The position numbers were made by a program, and so were the translations under genes. The notes beneath the pieces are model-generated. The model was not told where the DNA came from and ran no database searches. It was given only the letters and a program-made list of their open reading frames with translations. A DNA stretch of 64,000 bases from Atractiella rhizophila (taxonomy: Eukaryota): contig MU271299.1 of assembly GCA_021432655.1 (NCBI GenBank), positions 3,545 through 67,544 of the forward strand, written 5' to 3'. Of the stretch, positions 1 to 12,642 are shown piece by piece. Each line of letters starts with the position of its first letter. Position 1 is the stretch's first letter.

Positions 1-560
1 CAGACTTGCTTCGGCGAAGCCAGTTCGCTTCAACGAAGTGCAGTTCGCTCTAGTGAAGCCAGACTTGCTGGGAAGGTCAGTTTGCTCCTGCAAAGCCTGG
101 CTCACTCCAGCGAAGTGCAGTTCCCTCTAGCGAAGCCAGTTCGCTTCAGCGAAGTCTGGCTCACTCCGGCGAAGTGCAGTTCGCTCTAGCGAAGCCAGAC
201 TTGCTGGGAAGGTCAGTTTGCTCCTGCAAAGCCTGGCTCGCTCTAGCGAAGTGCAGTTCCCTCTAGCGAAGCCAGACTTGCTTGGACGAAGTCAGTTCGC
301 TCCAGCAAGGCCAGGCTTGCTCCTGCGAAGGCAGACTCACTCGGGCGAACTGCAGTTTGCTGGAGCAAAGTCAGGCTTGCTTGGGCAAAGCCAGTTCGCT
401 TCAGTGAAGTCTGGCTCGCTCCAGCGAAGTGCAGTTCGCTCCAGTGCACCTTGGCTTGCTCAGGTGAAGTGCAGTTCGCTGGGATGCAGCCAGACTTGCT
501 TGGGCCAAATCTCTTCGCTCTTGCAAAGCCTGGCTCGCTCTGGTAACATACTGTTCACTG
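1..560. repeat. Complex tandem array of ~17-20 bp palindromic modules (GCGAA-N5/6-TTCGC family), continuing beyond the window edge
   Basis: Interleaved recurring units gcgaagtgcagttcgctc, gcgaagccagttcgcttca, gcgaagccagacttgct and gcaaagcctggctcgctc, decaying toward ~560. Confidence 0.9.
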
Positions 561-589
561 CAGCAACACTGGGAGTGCAGATGCAAAGC

Positions 590-1110
590 CAGTCTCGCGA
601 GTTTGTTGCTGTCTCGTGAGTTTGCCACCTAGCCTTTGCGTTCACCTCGGTAGTTTGCTGCCTCCCGAGTTGGCCGTCTCGCGAGTTTGCTCTCTCACGA
701 GTTTGTTGTCCCGTGAGTTTGCTCTCTCGCACATCTGCTCCCTCGCAACTACAGCGGCACTTCGCACGTTGCAACCCATCGCTGAACCAAACTTGACCTT
801 TCGCGACTGGAAGGCACTTCGCACGTTGCAGCCAGCCAGCGACCCGAAGTGCCCACTTCGCGACTGGTAGCGAACTGGGCGCCCTTACGATGAACCTCGC
901 ATGTTTGAGCGAGTTCGCGTTGAGGCTCATCCCAACCTCGCGAGACAATTTGGCCGCCGCGTCCGAGCTGACGGGACTCAACGGTGCGTTCCGTCCCGTC
1001 AGGTTAGTTCCGTCAGTCAGAGCCTCGTAACTAGGCTGACGGGACTCACCCTGGCCCTGACCCTAACTCCGTTCCCCAGCCAAATTTGACTGACGGAACA
1101 GTTCCGTCGC
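590..1110. repeat. Short direct and inverted repeat zone
   Basis: Several tctcgcgagtttg-like copies (590-725), gcacttcgcacgttgca twice (~757, ~814), and inverted pairs tgacgggac/gtcccgtca and ttccgtcagtca/tgactgacggaa (~968-1100). Confidence 0.75.
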
Positions 1111-1134
1111 GAAGGAATAGTAGTAGGCGGCGAG

Positions 1135-1385
1135 GAGGCGAGGATGTAGGTGGGATCCTGTTCCTGATAGCATCAGGGTCGTACCCTGGGTGCCTAAGAG
1201 GCAAGGATGTAGCCGGGATCTTGTTCCTGACAAAGGTAGGGTTGTACCCTAGGCAGCCAGGAGGCAAGGATTCAGCCTGGATCTCATTCCTGAAAGAGCT
1301 AGGGTTGAACCCTAAAGTACCCTTAGTAGCCTGGTTGTCATCCCTGAAAGAGGCAGGGTTGAACCCTAAAGTACCGTTAGTAGTC
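1135..1385. repeat. 63-bp tandem repeat (3 full units plus a shorter fourth) with an internal agggtt-N-aaccct-type palindrome
   Basis: Units begin gaggc(g/a)aggat at 1135, 1198 and 1261. They translate on the minus strand as repeated LG(F/Y)NP..RN.I.A.SLP. Confidence 0.85.
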
Positions 1386-1701
1386 CTCGAGGAAGCGGGT
1401 CGACGGGGAGGTGATAGGGACCAAGTCTCGCATGCTCCGCTCAGAAGTTTTCGGGGCTGGTTGGAGTCGGGTCTGGGGCTTCCCTGAGTCGAGTATCTAA
1501 CGGAAGGACAGTGCGATTGAGAAGGTCGGCCATGGCAGGCATCGGGCATGGCGACTCAAACAGATGGCTTCGCGGTAGTGGCGGATTCTGTGAGTAACCA
1601 GGGGAGCTGGTCACCTGACCCAGTGAGTACCCTTGGGGGCTAAGGCGGCGACACAGTGCAATGGAACCTCCTCTCTCGTCAAATCAACGCCTTTGAGCAA
1701 A

Positions 1702-4061
1702 ATGGCAGCCTGCGACGCAGTCTACACGTTATTTTTTCGAATGGTGCAACCCGTTTGCGGTGATGACAATCGCCTTGTCGCAAAACCGTCTGTTATTAAA
1801 TTGGCTTCCAACGAGACAGTTGCAGAATTAGAGGAAGCAATTCATCAAAAATTTCGTGAAAGTCTCTGTGGAATGGAAATTACCTTGTGGATGCTGGACC
1901 CAATGCTTCGCAGTATGGAACAAGACTGTCTGAGAACGATCAAGTTCCCCTGCGACAGATTGAAACATCTCGACCCTACCTTTCCGCTATCAGATTATTG
2001 GCCACAAGCCCCTGCAAATAGGCATCTACATTTCGTGGTAGAGATATATCTGCCTTCTCAAGAACGTCCACCATCACGTAAGGACTATTTGATTGTCCTT
2101 CTTCCATCTGATCTGTTTGGTTAGCATGGCATCATCATCTGGATGAGTATCAATCCCGCGCGCATATCAAGACATCGACAAAAGGATCATTCTCGCCTCA
2201 CTCTCTTCTTGCGGAAAACCGCATCTTCCAGGTCATCATCCCTGACAGTAGACCTGTAGACTCCTGTGAGGATGGCAACCTCGCAACGCTCCGCCGAGCG
2301 AAGACCACGTTGGGCCAATCGTTCCAGCTTCCTGTAGCTCCTGATGCTGCTGCAGTCGCAATCGGAACATCGATTCAAAAAGAATTTTTCGGGGGTGCTG
2401 TCAGGAATGGTCGAAGAGCAACAGAGGCGGAGCTAAGCCATTATCATCAAGTTGCCAAGGTGGACGTACCTATGACCAGATTTTTAGACGGAAAACAGGC
2501 GTATTTCAACTGGACCTACTTGATGCCTGTTGCGAGCGAGCTTTCCCGCCAAAGATACAACTCGATCAACGTGTCCGACTTCATCGCGTAGGCTCTCACT
2601 CCTTATTGTTGACTGCTGCCGACATAACCTCTTGTGTAGGGATAGGTCATGGTCAATTTGTCTGTATCCTTCCACTCCTGAATGGCCAAATAACCCCGCA
2701 ACGCAGTACAAATATAGGCCGCGCAGTGACTTTCAGATTCGACACCACGGTATCCCCCAAGTTCTCTTCGAAATACAAGTAAAACCTACTGGAGAAGATC
2801 GAACTCGTATGATGCTGCAAGCTGCAGCCGTTTCCAGAGTGGTGCATCACGCGATCAAATTGGATGCCAAGGAACCACACGTTCTGCTAACTTACTATAT
2901 CACCAACTCATTGGTTGCCGAGCAATACATATTGTGTGTTGATCCAAACACAGTGCGTCGATTTCGTAGGTCGTCCCATGTAATTTTGATGTGTCGCAGG
3001 AAAATGTGCTTTATTCGAAATACATCTTTCATCTCCGCCGTCGGGAGGAGGCAATCAAGTTTTTGCTTGAGTTGTACAACTTACGACTACTGATCGACTC
3101 GGATGAAAGCGTGATCGAAGCCGCAGCGCAGAGCATCGGAGAGAGCTTGAACTCCTTAGACAAACTTCCATCATTCATGGGTGATACCTCGAATAAGAAA
3201 CGCAAAGGCAGCCATGGAAACGATGGAACCGAAGGAAACAGAGGAAACGAAGGCGGGCTTCTTGGGGTCCCGCAATTGCGAACCTATCTCAGTGAATTGG
3301 GTTATCGACTGGAGTTGCCTGACGCTGACAGTTCTTGGAGTGAATTGGACAACGTGCGTAATTCAGCTTCTCCAGTTTGCCAGACTGATGTATAATAGGT
3401 TTCCCCTTCGTCAGTAGTGGCAGCTTTCGCACGAGACGGAACGCGCGTGATCATTAAACGTGCACGGAATACCAGGGAAGCTGAAGTTCAACAGCATCTG
3501 GCCAGTATATCTGAAGTCAAAAACCACACGTTGAACCCTCTGGAAATTTTGTCATTCCAGGAAGATACGCTGCTTGTTCTTCCTCGCGGGACTCCTTTGC
3601 CGTCCATACGTCTGAGCCCGCCTCTCGCGATATCTTTAGCAGAACAACTCATCGATGGCGTGGGATTCATGCACAACCAGGGAATCGCTCATCTGGACTT
3701 GAAACCAAGCAATCTCGTTGCCGTCTCTAACGTCCTCAAAATTATCGATTTTGGACTGTCTCGCAAAGCTGACCGCGATACCCTCTTGAAAGGATATCGA
3801 GGTACTCGACCGTGGGTGGCTCCTGAACTTGGAACCGAAGACGGCCCAGAGCCAGGATTTCATCCGATTCAAGCTGACCTGTGGGCTGTTGGGCAGATCA
3901 TTTCTAGTTTCTTTGGTCCATTCATTCCACCAGGCCACTACCTTTTTCAGCTTGCAATTTTGTTGATGTCACAGGATCCTCAATCACGCCCTCGGCTAGA
4001 CAATTTCAACTGGAAATTAATGAAAGGATCGTTGGATCAGTCGTTGGACACAACACCTTAG
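1702..4061 (+). CDS. Crinkler (CRN)-type ubiquitin-like header + REase-like domain + Ser/Thr protein kinase (5 exons)
   Basis: The N-terminus has TVAELEEAI, ITLWML and LDPTFPLSDYWPQAPANRHLHFVV, matching the CRN N-terminal pattern. The middle has PRSDF...VLFEIQ...DRTRMMLQA. The kinase has IIK, HLDLKPSN, DFG, APE and DLWAVG. Four GT-AG introns join ORFs 1633/2310/2530/2991/3417 in frame. Confidence 0.8.
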
Positions 4062-4489
4062 GTGGTGAAAAAGAAAATGGATGGGGCACTGAGAGCAGTT
4101 GTTCTAAGGGAGACACCCCATTACTCGTTAACTAGACGGTTCTAATGTTTAGTGGTTTGTACTAGGATATTAGAATTTGCAATTAGCCACTCTGAAGGTA
4201 TTTCTATTAGGTGAACAAAAGGCTTAAAAAAAGTGAAGATTTGGTGATCAGGAACTGTTTCGGCCGCCTAAGAGGTCGGTGCTAACCGTAAGTCATTCAA
4301 GTTGCGCCGTTCAGCGCTGCCTCTCGTCAACCATGTAGCCACATGAACTCAGTCGCAATTCGCAAATTTGTAAATATTGAATGCTCGTCCTTAAAAAAAG
4401 GTGGAAACGCATGAGCTTTGTGTGAACTATAGTTGCAGTGTAGAAGAGTGAGATGACACTATTGTAGCGTAATATAAGCTGGGCAGAGT

Positions 4490-5829
4490 TCAACGTATGC
4501 GTAGGAAATATCCGTCAACGAAGCATGGATCGCCATCTTTTGACTCTAGATCCTGGACGTCATCGGGCCTGAAGTCAAGACTGAGACCAGCATCTGATGC
4601 CTGATCTGTCGTCTTCTCTCCCTCCACTTTCTGCTTCAGATCCGTGACCGCCTCTTTTGCACCTTGAGTCTGTCCCTCCTGCTCCTTCTCCACGTCTCCA
4701 CCTTCCACCCTCCAGTTCTCTTCCGTCGCGCCTCCCAACAGCTCAGATTTCGGGATGCCTGTCAACCTAACGATCGCGGTGAATCTGCTTCCCTCTGTCT
4801 CTGTGAACCAGACTAATAGTTTCTGAATATAATCAGCAGTATGGGGAGGAAGCTTAACAACTTACGAAGGCGAAGATCTGGAGCTTCATCCCCTGCGTCT
4901 ATACGAAGAAACAATCAGCCAATGACTTTCCCAAGAAATGGAAGGACATACTTCGCGCTCCTCAAGGACACTTGCTGGACAATGGGATGTCATCTCCCTG
5001 CTCTCCTCAGATGAAATTTTGACCGCCAGGGCCGCGGAAATGAGATAGCATTTGCCGCATCAGGTGGAATCCATGAGTTTTTGATGAGGGCGTATGCGAA
5101 ACGCGAATACAAACGACGGACAGAGGTACGAGTCGGAAGAACAATCTGTTACAAGTGATATTCTGAGACATATGTTTGGTCCAAGGCTAGGAAGTAGGGG
5201 ACAATCTTCTCAGAGCCTGGTGTCACAGCAAATACTTCGCGTCCATCAAAAGGTGAACTTTGGCACGCATAGCAAGTCCACTTGATAGATCGTGGATCCC
5301 CGCGTTCACACTGCTCCTGTTGTGTACTTCCTGCTCATGGTATTTAAACCACTGGTGTTCCGCACTTGGTGCCAAGCGAGCATTTCGCAAAGTAGAATAA
5401 GCTGCTAGACTCAATAAGCCATAGGTCCAATCAGCGGAGGAGAACGAAGAAATGACACACTTCCGGTCTTCTCCCTTCACGGTTTCCGACATGCTAGACG
5501 ACGGAACATTCGTCTGAAGAGGCAGTCTGTTGGCGACTGACAACCATGACGCCTCTAAAGCTGCTGGTGGGTGACGAGGCGGCGTCCAGCTCGAAAGTGG
5601 GAGACTCTCTTGTAATCGGACCATTCACCCGAGTAGTAGAAGCATTCGGACATATCCTAGATTTCTACGGATTCGTCGATTGAACTGTTGGATCCTGCAG
5701 ATGTCCAGCGCGGCTTTGTGACTAACCGCGAAGTTCGAACTTGGGATCCAACTTGGACGAGGCAATCAGTGATGCCGCCAGTTCGGCTTCGGCAGGAGGT
5801 TGAGGTTGTGGTGTGATGGTGATAGCCAT
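4490..5829 (-). CDS. Hypothetical multi-exon protein; structure uncertain
   Basis: The 3' exons splice plausibly (TQGMKLQIFAF / KLLVWFTETEGSRFTAIVRLTGIPK...), and MAITITPQPQ... looks like a start. I could not connect all exons in frame. Confidence 0.3.
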
Positions 5830-6141
5830 TTCTTCTATGCAGTAAATAGATAAAGAAGCGAGGTTATAAAGCAGAGTTTTCTGATTATGAGGATTGCTAT
5901 AAGGCAGGTTGCGCGATGAGAACACCCAAACTTCCACGTTTTGAGTGAAAATGCGTTCTCTCAGTGGCTCGTCGCCTCTTTCAACTCTGATAATCGATCT
6001 TATCGTTGGGGAGTTCGACGACACAGGTGAGTAAGAAGATGGCGCGGTTATGGCGACAGGTCGATATTGCAAAACAGCCAACAACTTGAAGGGTTCATCG
6101 GTCCCGACCGCGTCAAGTAAAGGAAAGGAAAGGAACTTCCA

Positions 6142-7551
6142 ATGGCTCCCCTGTCGCTGCCCTTCCCTGCTCCCACAATAGGCATCATTGGCGGATCCGG
6201 CGTGTATTCGCTCAATCTCCCTTTCATCTGCACAGTCCGCATTACCACTCCCTATGGCTCCCCATCAAGCGACATCTCAATCGCCCGCATCCCTTCTTCT
6301 CCCGCCTCTGCACCAAGAACAGTCGCCTTCCTAGCGAGACACGGGCTGGAACATGCTGTCGGACCCTCAGAAATCAATTATCGAGCCAACGTCGCAGCTC
6401 TCAAGAGGTTGGGATGTAAAGCCATCATTGGTTTCAGCGCTGTGGGCAGCTTGAGGGAGGAGATAAGACCGGGAGATGTGGTGATTCCCGATCAGTTGAT
6501 TGATCGAACCAAGGTGCGTTCACTGCTTTGGATGTGGCGAGTCTGTTGTTAGATGTGCGATCTTCTCTTTCTGATTGTCGTTGGCACTCGCCATCTTTGT
6601 CATCCGAAACTGCAAAGTCCAAGAGCTGACTGAGGAGGAGTCTGAATATCGCTCCGATTTCTAGCATTCGAGCAATCAGTGATCCGAAAGGAACATTGCA
6701 ACCTTCCTCTGTTATGCGCGAACGAGAGTGACACTGAAATAACATTCATGACGATGCTTGATCTGACGGTTTGCTGCAGGGAACACGCCCATCCACCTAC
6801 TTCCAAGACGGCATCGTCGCGCACGCCACCTTCGGGGAGCCCTTCACGACTCCACTCCTCGCCTACCTCTCCTCGAAGATCAAGGATGCAATCAAGACCT
6901 TCGACAGCGGAAGCAAAGATGTCAGACTTCATGAAAACAAGACCCTGGTCGTCATGGAGGGACCAGCGTTCAGCACTCGTGCTGAGAGTAACATGTACCG
7001 TGCATGGGGCGGGGATATCATTGGCATGACGTTAGCTGTTCTCATTACCTGCCTCACTCATATATTGACTTTCACATAGAGCCCTTCCGGAAGCCAAGTT
7101 AGCAAGAGAAGCAGAATTGGGGTACGTCTTTGTCCGCTCAAGGAAAAGCTTTGGTTGATTCAGGTCACAGCTATGTTCTCGTCTGCACTTCGTATGCTGT
7201 TCCCAAGTTGCCCTAGAAGTCGTAGTTGCTCATGGCCATCACAGCACCGACTACGATTCCTGGCGGGTGACGGAGGAAGCTGTGAACGCCACCGAAGTGC
7301 TCGAGACCCTTCACGCTAACTCAGTGATGTCTAAACACATCTCGTTGGCCGTGATCGAAGCTTTGGGCCTCCCTGAGGCTTCAGAAGCTCTCGACTCGTC
7401 CAAAGGAGGAATGAAGCTGGCCATCTTTCGGGACCCGACGAAGGTCAAGATGGAGACACGAAAGAAGTTGGGGTATATTCTTGAAGAATACTTTGGGGTT
7501 GCAGATGAAGGAACATTTGAGATCGTCGATAAGGGAAACATAAAAAACTAG
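6142..7551 (+). CDS. MEU1: S-methyl-5'-thioadenosine phosphorylase (MTAP)
   Basis: [58 protein letters not shown] and TDYDSW motifs across spliced exons. Confidence 0.93.
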
Positions 7552-7964
7552 AATGAGGATAGAGTTAACACTTCAACAGGAAATAGAATGTGTACCCGGG
7601 TGTACCCGTGTTAAAGATTCAACTCTGTAATGATGATGTATAACTTGTTTATGGATCATTTTCTTTATGGCGTGTCTTGTCAGACTAGTAACCGTTACCG
7701 TTACTACTTTATCACATTTCAGGTACGATCAGTCTAAACACTCGGTGATTGGGATAGATATCGCGCATTGAAGTCGTGATGGAGAGTGATCTGTGCAATA
7801 ATAACATGAACATAGCTATAGGCCAATTATGTAAATACGAAATCGCTGATGTATTTACAAACTGGGGCAACCCATACTCCGGCTCTATCTTAGAGAAAAA
7901 TGAAGAACAAAAGTCAGTGTTTTGAAAAGAAGCGAAAGAATTCAACACAAGGACCTGCTGGGAA

Positions 7965-10228
7965 CTACTCTTCTTCTGACAGCCGTGCCTTTTTCTGCCC
8001 GTGACCCTCATTCATCTCTTCATCCGCCATCTTCCTCTTCGCTCCTGTTCCGATGCTGCTGCTATCAGTCGTGTTCGTCCCGGCACCATTGATCAGCTCA
8101 GTCACGAAACCAAACGGATTCGCGTTGTTGCCCTGTACCTGCTGCGAAGCTCCAGCGGCACCCTTATTTTTCCTCTTGACGAGACCCATTTTTGCCAAAT
8201 CTTTGACTTCACCGTCAATCGGCGCGGCAACAAATGATCCATCGTTCGCCATACGCTTCTTCGTCGGACTCCGCTGAATGAGATCCAGCACAGCGCGTTC
8301 GGACGGTAGGAGGGCTTGCTCTGCAGGGGGTTCTGCAATGATGGCTTTCAGATCCTCGATCTGCACACGTCGATTTCAGCATGTAAAAGGAGAAAGGGAA
8401 ATGATGAACCTTCATTCCCATCTCTTTAATCATCTCTTCAATATCTGCAATCTCCCGTCTATCCTTCTCAGCTTCTTGCGGTCCAGCTGGATTCCCTGTC
8501 AGACGATCTCGTCTCCGTTCTAGGACTCGAAGAGCAGATTCGGTATGAAAAAGTGCTTCTCCCTTTTTTTCGGTCTGTGTCCCAAATCACATATCAACAT
8601 GTCAATAAGTCGTATATGTAAGAATTGAGAGTTGGGGCACAAGAATGCGCACCTCCTTCCACCCTCCATCTAAACACAATGCAATCATATAATTTGTGCT
8701 GCCGAGCATTCTATCATCCGGATCTACAGCCTTCTCCATGATAGCGAGGGATTCACGGTACTCATTTAGAGCGAGCTCGAAGTTACCTGCACCATTTGAA
8801 GGGATAACGCTCATCAGCATTATTCTTTAGGGCAGCAAGTCACCTGCCATTTTCTAGTTGGACTTCCCCTAACAGCTCATATGTAAGCCCAAGTTGTAAA
8901 GACCAATCTTTCTTCCGTTCATCCACTTCCTGACTTTCCTTGCCCTTCCCATTGCGTTCTCCCCCCTTATCTCCCTCTTCTTCACCGTTAAGAAGCTTCA
9001 TCCAAACAAGCCTCGCCTGCTCCAAAACGCCAAAAGCACTCTCCAAATCGTCCTCCTCTTCACCCTCCTCCTCCTCGCCATCCTCACCAGCCTCCTCACC
9101 CGCACCGTCTTCATCGTCCTCATCTTCTCGCTCCATGATTTGTATCTTCCTCGCGTTTGCACTTCTCTCTCCACTGGGACCAGAATTTGCAGAGGGCTCT
9201 GCCACATCTCCAGCCTTAGCTTCTGGTGCACCACCGAGTGCAGAAGACGTGGAGACGTGGAGGAGGAGGAGGGAGCGGCCGTACAGGAGAAAGGACCGAG
9301 CCAGGAGAGGGTCAGGAGCGAGATCGCTGCCGAGGGAAGACGTCCTGTGTATTAGAGAGAGGTTAAGTGACTTCATCCGAGCATGGCATCCCGTACAGTA
9401 AAGGCTTTCGAAGCCGAGATGTCAAAGAGGTTCAATACCAATGCCAAAATATTTGTACACATTCGCAACACAATGTGAACTGCATAACGGACTGGAGCGA
9501 CAGCAAATAGGAGCGCAATGGACAACAGCTGAACTGCGCAGAAACAAGCCTCATCCTCGTGAAGATGGTGCACGCGAAAGCGTTGCCACTTCTTTAACCT
9601 CCACATTCAATTGTAAATTACTCGACATCACGCTCATGATATGTTATGAGAGTCCAACCCAATCAACCGAATGTTCACAAAATGCTGCTCCAATTCACAC
9701 ATCTTTTGCAGCTGTCAGTATTTTGCTTGCCAGCCGTCGAATTACCAAAGAGTGCGGCGTTGCCGTCTGACAGCAGGGAGGGTAAACCCTAGTGCATAAA
9801 ACGGAGCGAAATTGCTCACATAGTTCTGCTCTAATTGGATAGATAGGATAGACAGTTTACTTGTCCTTCAGACGCGTCTCTTGCCACCAGAGTGATATTA
9901 AGACATCTCAGCCACCATATGTCTCATTCTATCTACCGAAGGAATGCTGAAAGGAGAAGACGCACAATTTTTCTACAGCTCTCGAAAATTCATCCGCCGC
10001 TTCCGAATACTTCTTATTTGCCAAGTTCCTTTCTCCACTCTTCACCAGTTCATCTACCGATAGCTTATCTTTTTCGTCTTCTTCCTCTTTCTCTCCCCGT
10101 TGGCGCTCTGTCTGCTGAGGAGCGACACCATTCTCAGTTGTCGCAGCTGATCCATTAAACGCGTTCTGCGGTGGTGCGTCATTATCGCGTTCTGCTGCTG
10201 GAGAGGGTGAAGGCGGCACCGCAGACAT
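7965..10228 (-). CDS. NASP/Hif1/Sim3-type SHNi-TPR histone chaperone
   Basis: TPR helices interrupted by an acidic patch; DDLESAFGVLEQAR and LGEVQLENGNFELAL motifs; basic C-terminal NLS-like tail. Confidence 0.8.
9639..9938 (-). ncRNA. Candidate intronic box H/ACA snoRNA
   Basis: Within the 621-nt intron 9345-9965: a 5' hairpin (gtagatag/ctatctat), H box AGAGCA (9827-9832), a second hairpin domain with an 8-bp helix (9711-9718/9767-9774), then ACA (9642-9644). Confidence 0.5.
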
Positions 10229-10659
10229 GGCGTGAAATGTGGTTAAAGCGAGTATTCGGGGCGAGACGAGGTTAAGACGCGGTCGTGGTTTGTTAATGAC
10301 CACGTGCAATTTGCTGATGAAAGCGGATCCGAATCTGTCTCTCTGGTCCCGCGTTTTGGCTGAACTCTCAGCCAGCATTTGACGGCGACTCTTCTTTGTA
10401 ACGTTATAAAAAACCAGAAGACTCCTTCGTCCCCTGAGCTAACTCACGACGAGAAAGAAGAAATCCGAAAATGTCTGCCGATAAACTCTTCCCTGATGTT
10501 GCCCAAGCATTCCTCCCGACTGGATGCAAGTTGGACCCTTCGAAAGGTGCGCTCACTTCGTTTGACTGAATTTTTATAGCTGATTTTCTGCTGCAGTTGG
10601 AGTTCATGGTACCATTGGTACGCTACGTCGATACCAACAGACAGTTGATTGATAATTCG

Positions 10660-11962
10660 ATGGCAGAACAAGCTCTCAATCGATCGCTGATACTGCCAAA
10701 ACTCAGCGACCAGAACGAAGAAACGATCACTGATAACGTTGCCCTCGTCATGCAACATTGTCAGGTAAGCGCTCTATCATATGTAGGCATTGGGCATTCT
10801 AAAGTGATTGTGTTTAGGACGAACGTTTCAAATTTGTGATGCAGTCACTTGTGAAGCACCTTCATACCTTTGCTCGAGAGGTAGACCTCACAACTGAAGA
10901 GGTACGCCTCCACATCTTCCTATCATTGATCCAGCTCAATCAGACTTGTCGTTAAGTGGATGAAAGGAATCGAGTTCCTCACTGCGACTGGCAAGATCTG
11001 TACCGACATCCGCCAAGAATTCATTCTCCTTTCCGACGTCCTAGGGATGTCCCTTCTTGTGGACAGCCTGAGCAATCCCAAACCGGAAGGGTAACCCCGT
11101 TTTTCTTAGATCTCAATGCAGCTTGTTCATTTTGATGGATATAGATGCACACCGTCAACCGTGCTGGGTCCATTCCACGCCGACGATGCGGAGATGAAGG
11201 AGACCGGAGGCTCGATAGTTAACGATTTGGCTGGCGCGGCTGGCGATTATATTTGGGTAAGCGTCCACAAGACATAATACATCATTTATAACAACATTTA
11301 GGTGGAGGGCAAAGTCCTAAACAGCGAAAGGAAACCTATTGAAGGTGCCATTTTGGACATCTGGGAGACAGATGCAATCGGTGGTTACGACAACCAGAAA
11401 GGTGTGTTCACTTGACCCCACCAAGGAAAAGAATCCTGATTTTGGTTACAGAGGACCGGACGAAAGCAGACTATCGTGGTCTAATCAAATCAGCCTCAGA
11501 TGGAAAGTATTCGTTCGCTGCCACCATCCCTGTGCCATATAATATCCCAGGGGACGGCCCAGTTAGCGGAATGCTCGCTTATTCAAAACGTCACATTTTC
11601 CGTCCAGCGCATATGCACTTCTGGATCAAAGCGAATGGATACGCCGATCTGGTCACCGCCGTGTACCGGAAAGGAGATCCTTTCGAATTTAGCGACGCCG
11701 TAAGCGTCTCCCATACTCTAATCTGCTTGACATGATCTGATACTTCACGCAGGTCTTTGGAGTCAAATCGCAACTATGTTACGATTTTGTGCCCGTGACA
11801 GATGAGGCTCAGATTTCAAAGTACGGATTTCCTCCAAAGGGACAAAGGACGACGGACGTATATAAGTTGAATGTCGACTTCGTGTTGGCATCTGAAGAGG
11901 AAGCGAAGGCCTTGAAGGATGAGAAAAGGAAGAAGGCAGAGGAGAAATTCAAGAAAGCATAA
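10660..11962 (+). CDS. Intradiol ring-cleavage dioxygenase (catechol/hydroxyquinol 1,2-dioxygenase family)
   Basis: LVKHLHTFAREV, RQEFILLSDVLG, STVLGPFH, DIWETDAIGGYD, PVPYNIPGDGP, RPAHMHF and SDAVFGVK motifs. Confidence 0.92.
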
Positions 11963-12642
11963 AGTGTACCATCATTTCGTTTAACTTGCCGATTTGTAAC
12001 AATTGCCTGTAACATTGACCTAGACCCTGATTTCACGGCTCCCAACGAACAACCTGACCGAAAGGTGAGAGTTGGATCATTTGTTGGCGTGGTATGCCAT
12101 GAAGCGAGAATGACGAGAAGCAAATCCTGACAAAGAGACAGCAAGGCCCTTTTTTGAGGACGATGGCCTCTTTGGAGTGACCTTTTGCATGACTCTATTG
12201 CCCTCTCGTCCACCCCAGTCTTCCAACGAACGTCGATGACTTGTCACGGCCGGGAGAATGCAACTGAATACAAGACAGTGAGTGGGACCATTGAGCCAGA
12301 TTTACCTTGAGAACCAAACTTGGAGGGGTATCCAATAGACGAAGTTACAGTTTCACACAAGCCTTTTTGCCAGCGTGTGAACGTGCTGACAACGCTGCTG
12401 TGGGTGATTTGACTCCATAAACAGGAAAGGTCGGTAATTATTGTCATTAATGTCATTAATTTCCTGGACGGGGCGACCCATCAAGTCTCTGTGTTTACCC
12501 ACATAATTCAAGCCCAATCATTCCAAAAGCAGGACCCTTTCCTGTCCTCTCTGCTCAAGTGGGTCAGCCTCTAAATATTTATATCCCTTCCACACCTTCC
12601 CTCAACTTTCTCCAGCAAACAGAGTATCGACCTCAATTCAAC

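Noticed and set aside
1..560. CRISPR-like array
   Set aside because: No unique spacers, modules are reused, no cas genes, and the context is eukaryotic.
218..981. ORFs over the repeat block
   Set aside because: Low-complexity translations produced by the DNA repeats.
9345..9965. Telomerase RNA in the long intron
   Set aside because: No CTAACCCTAA-like template on the transcribed strand.
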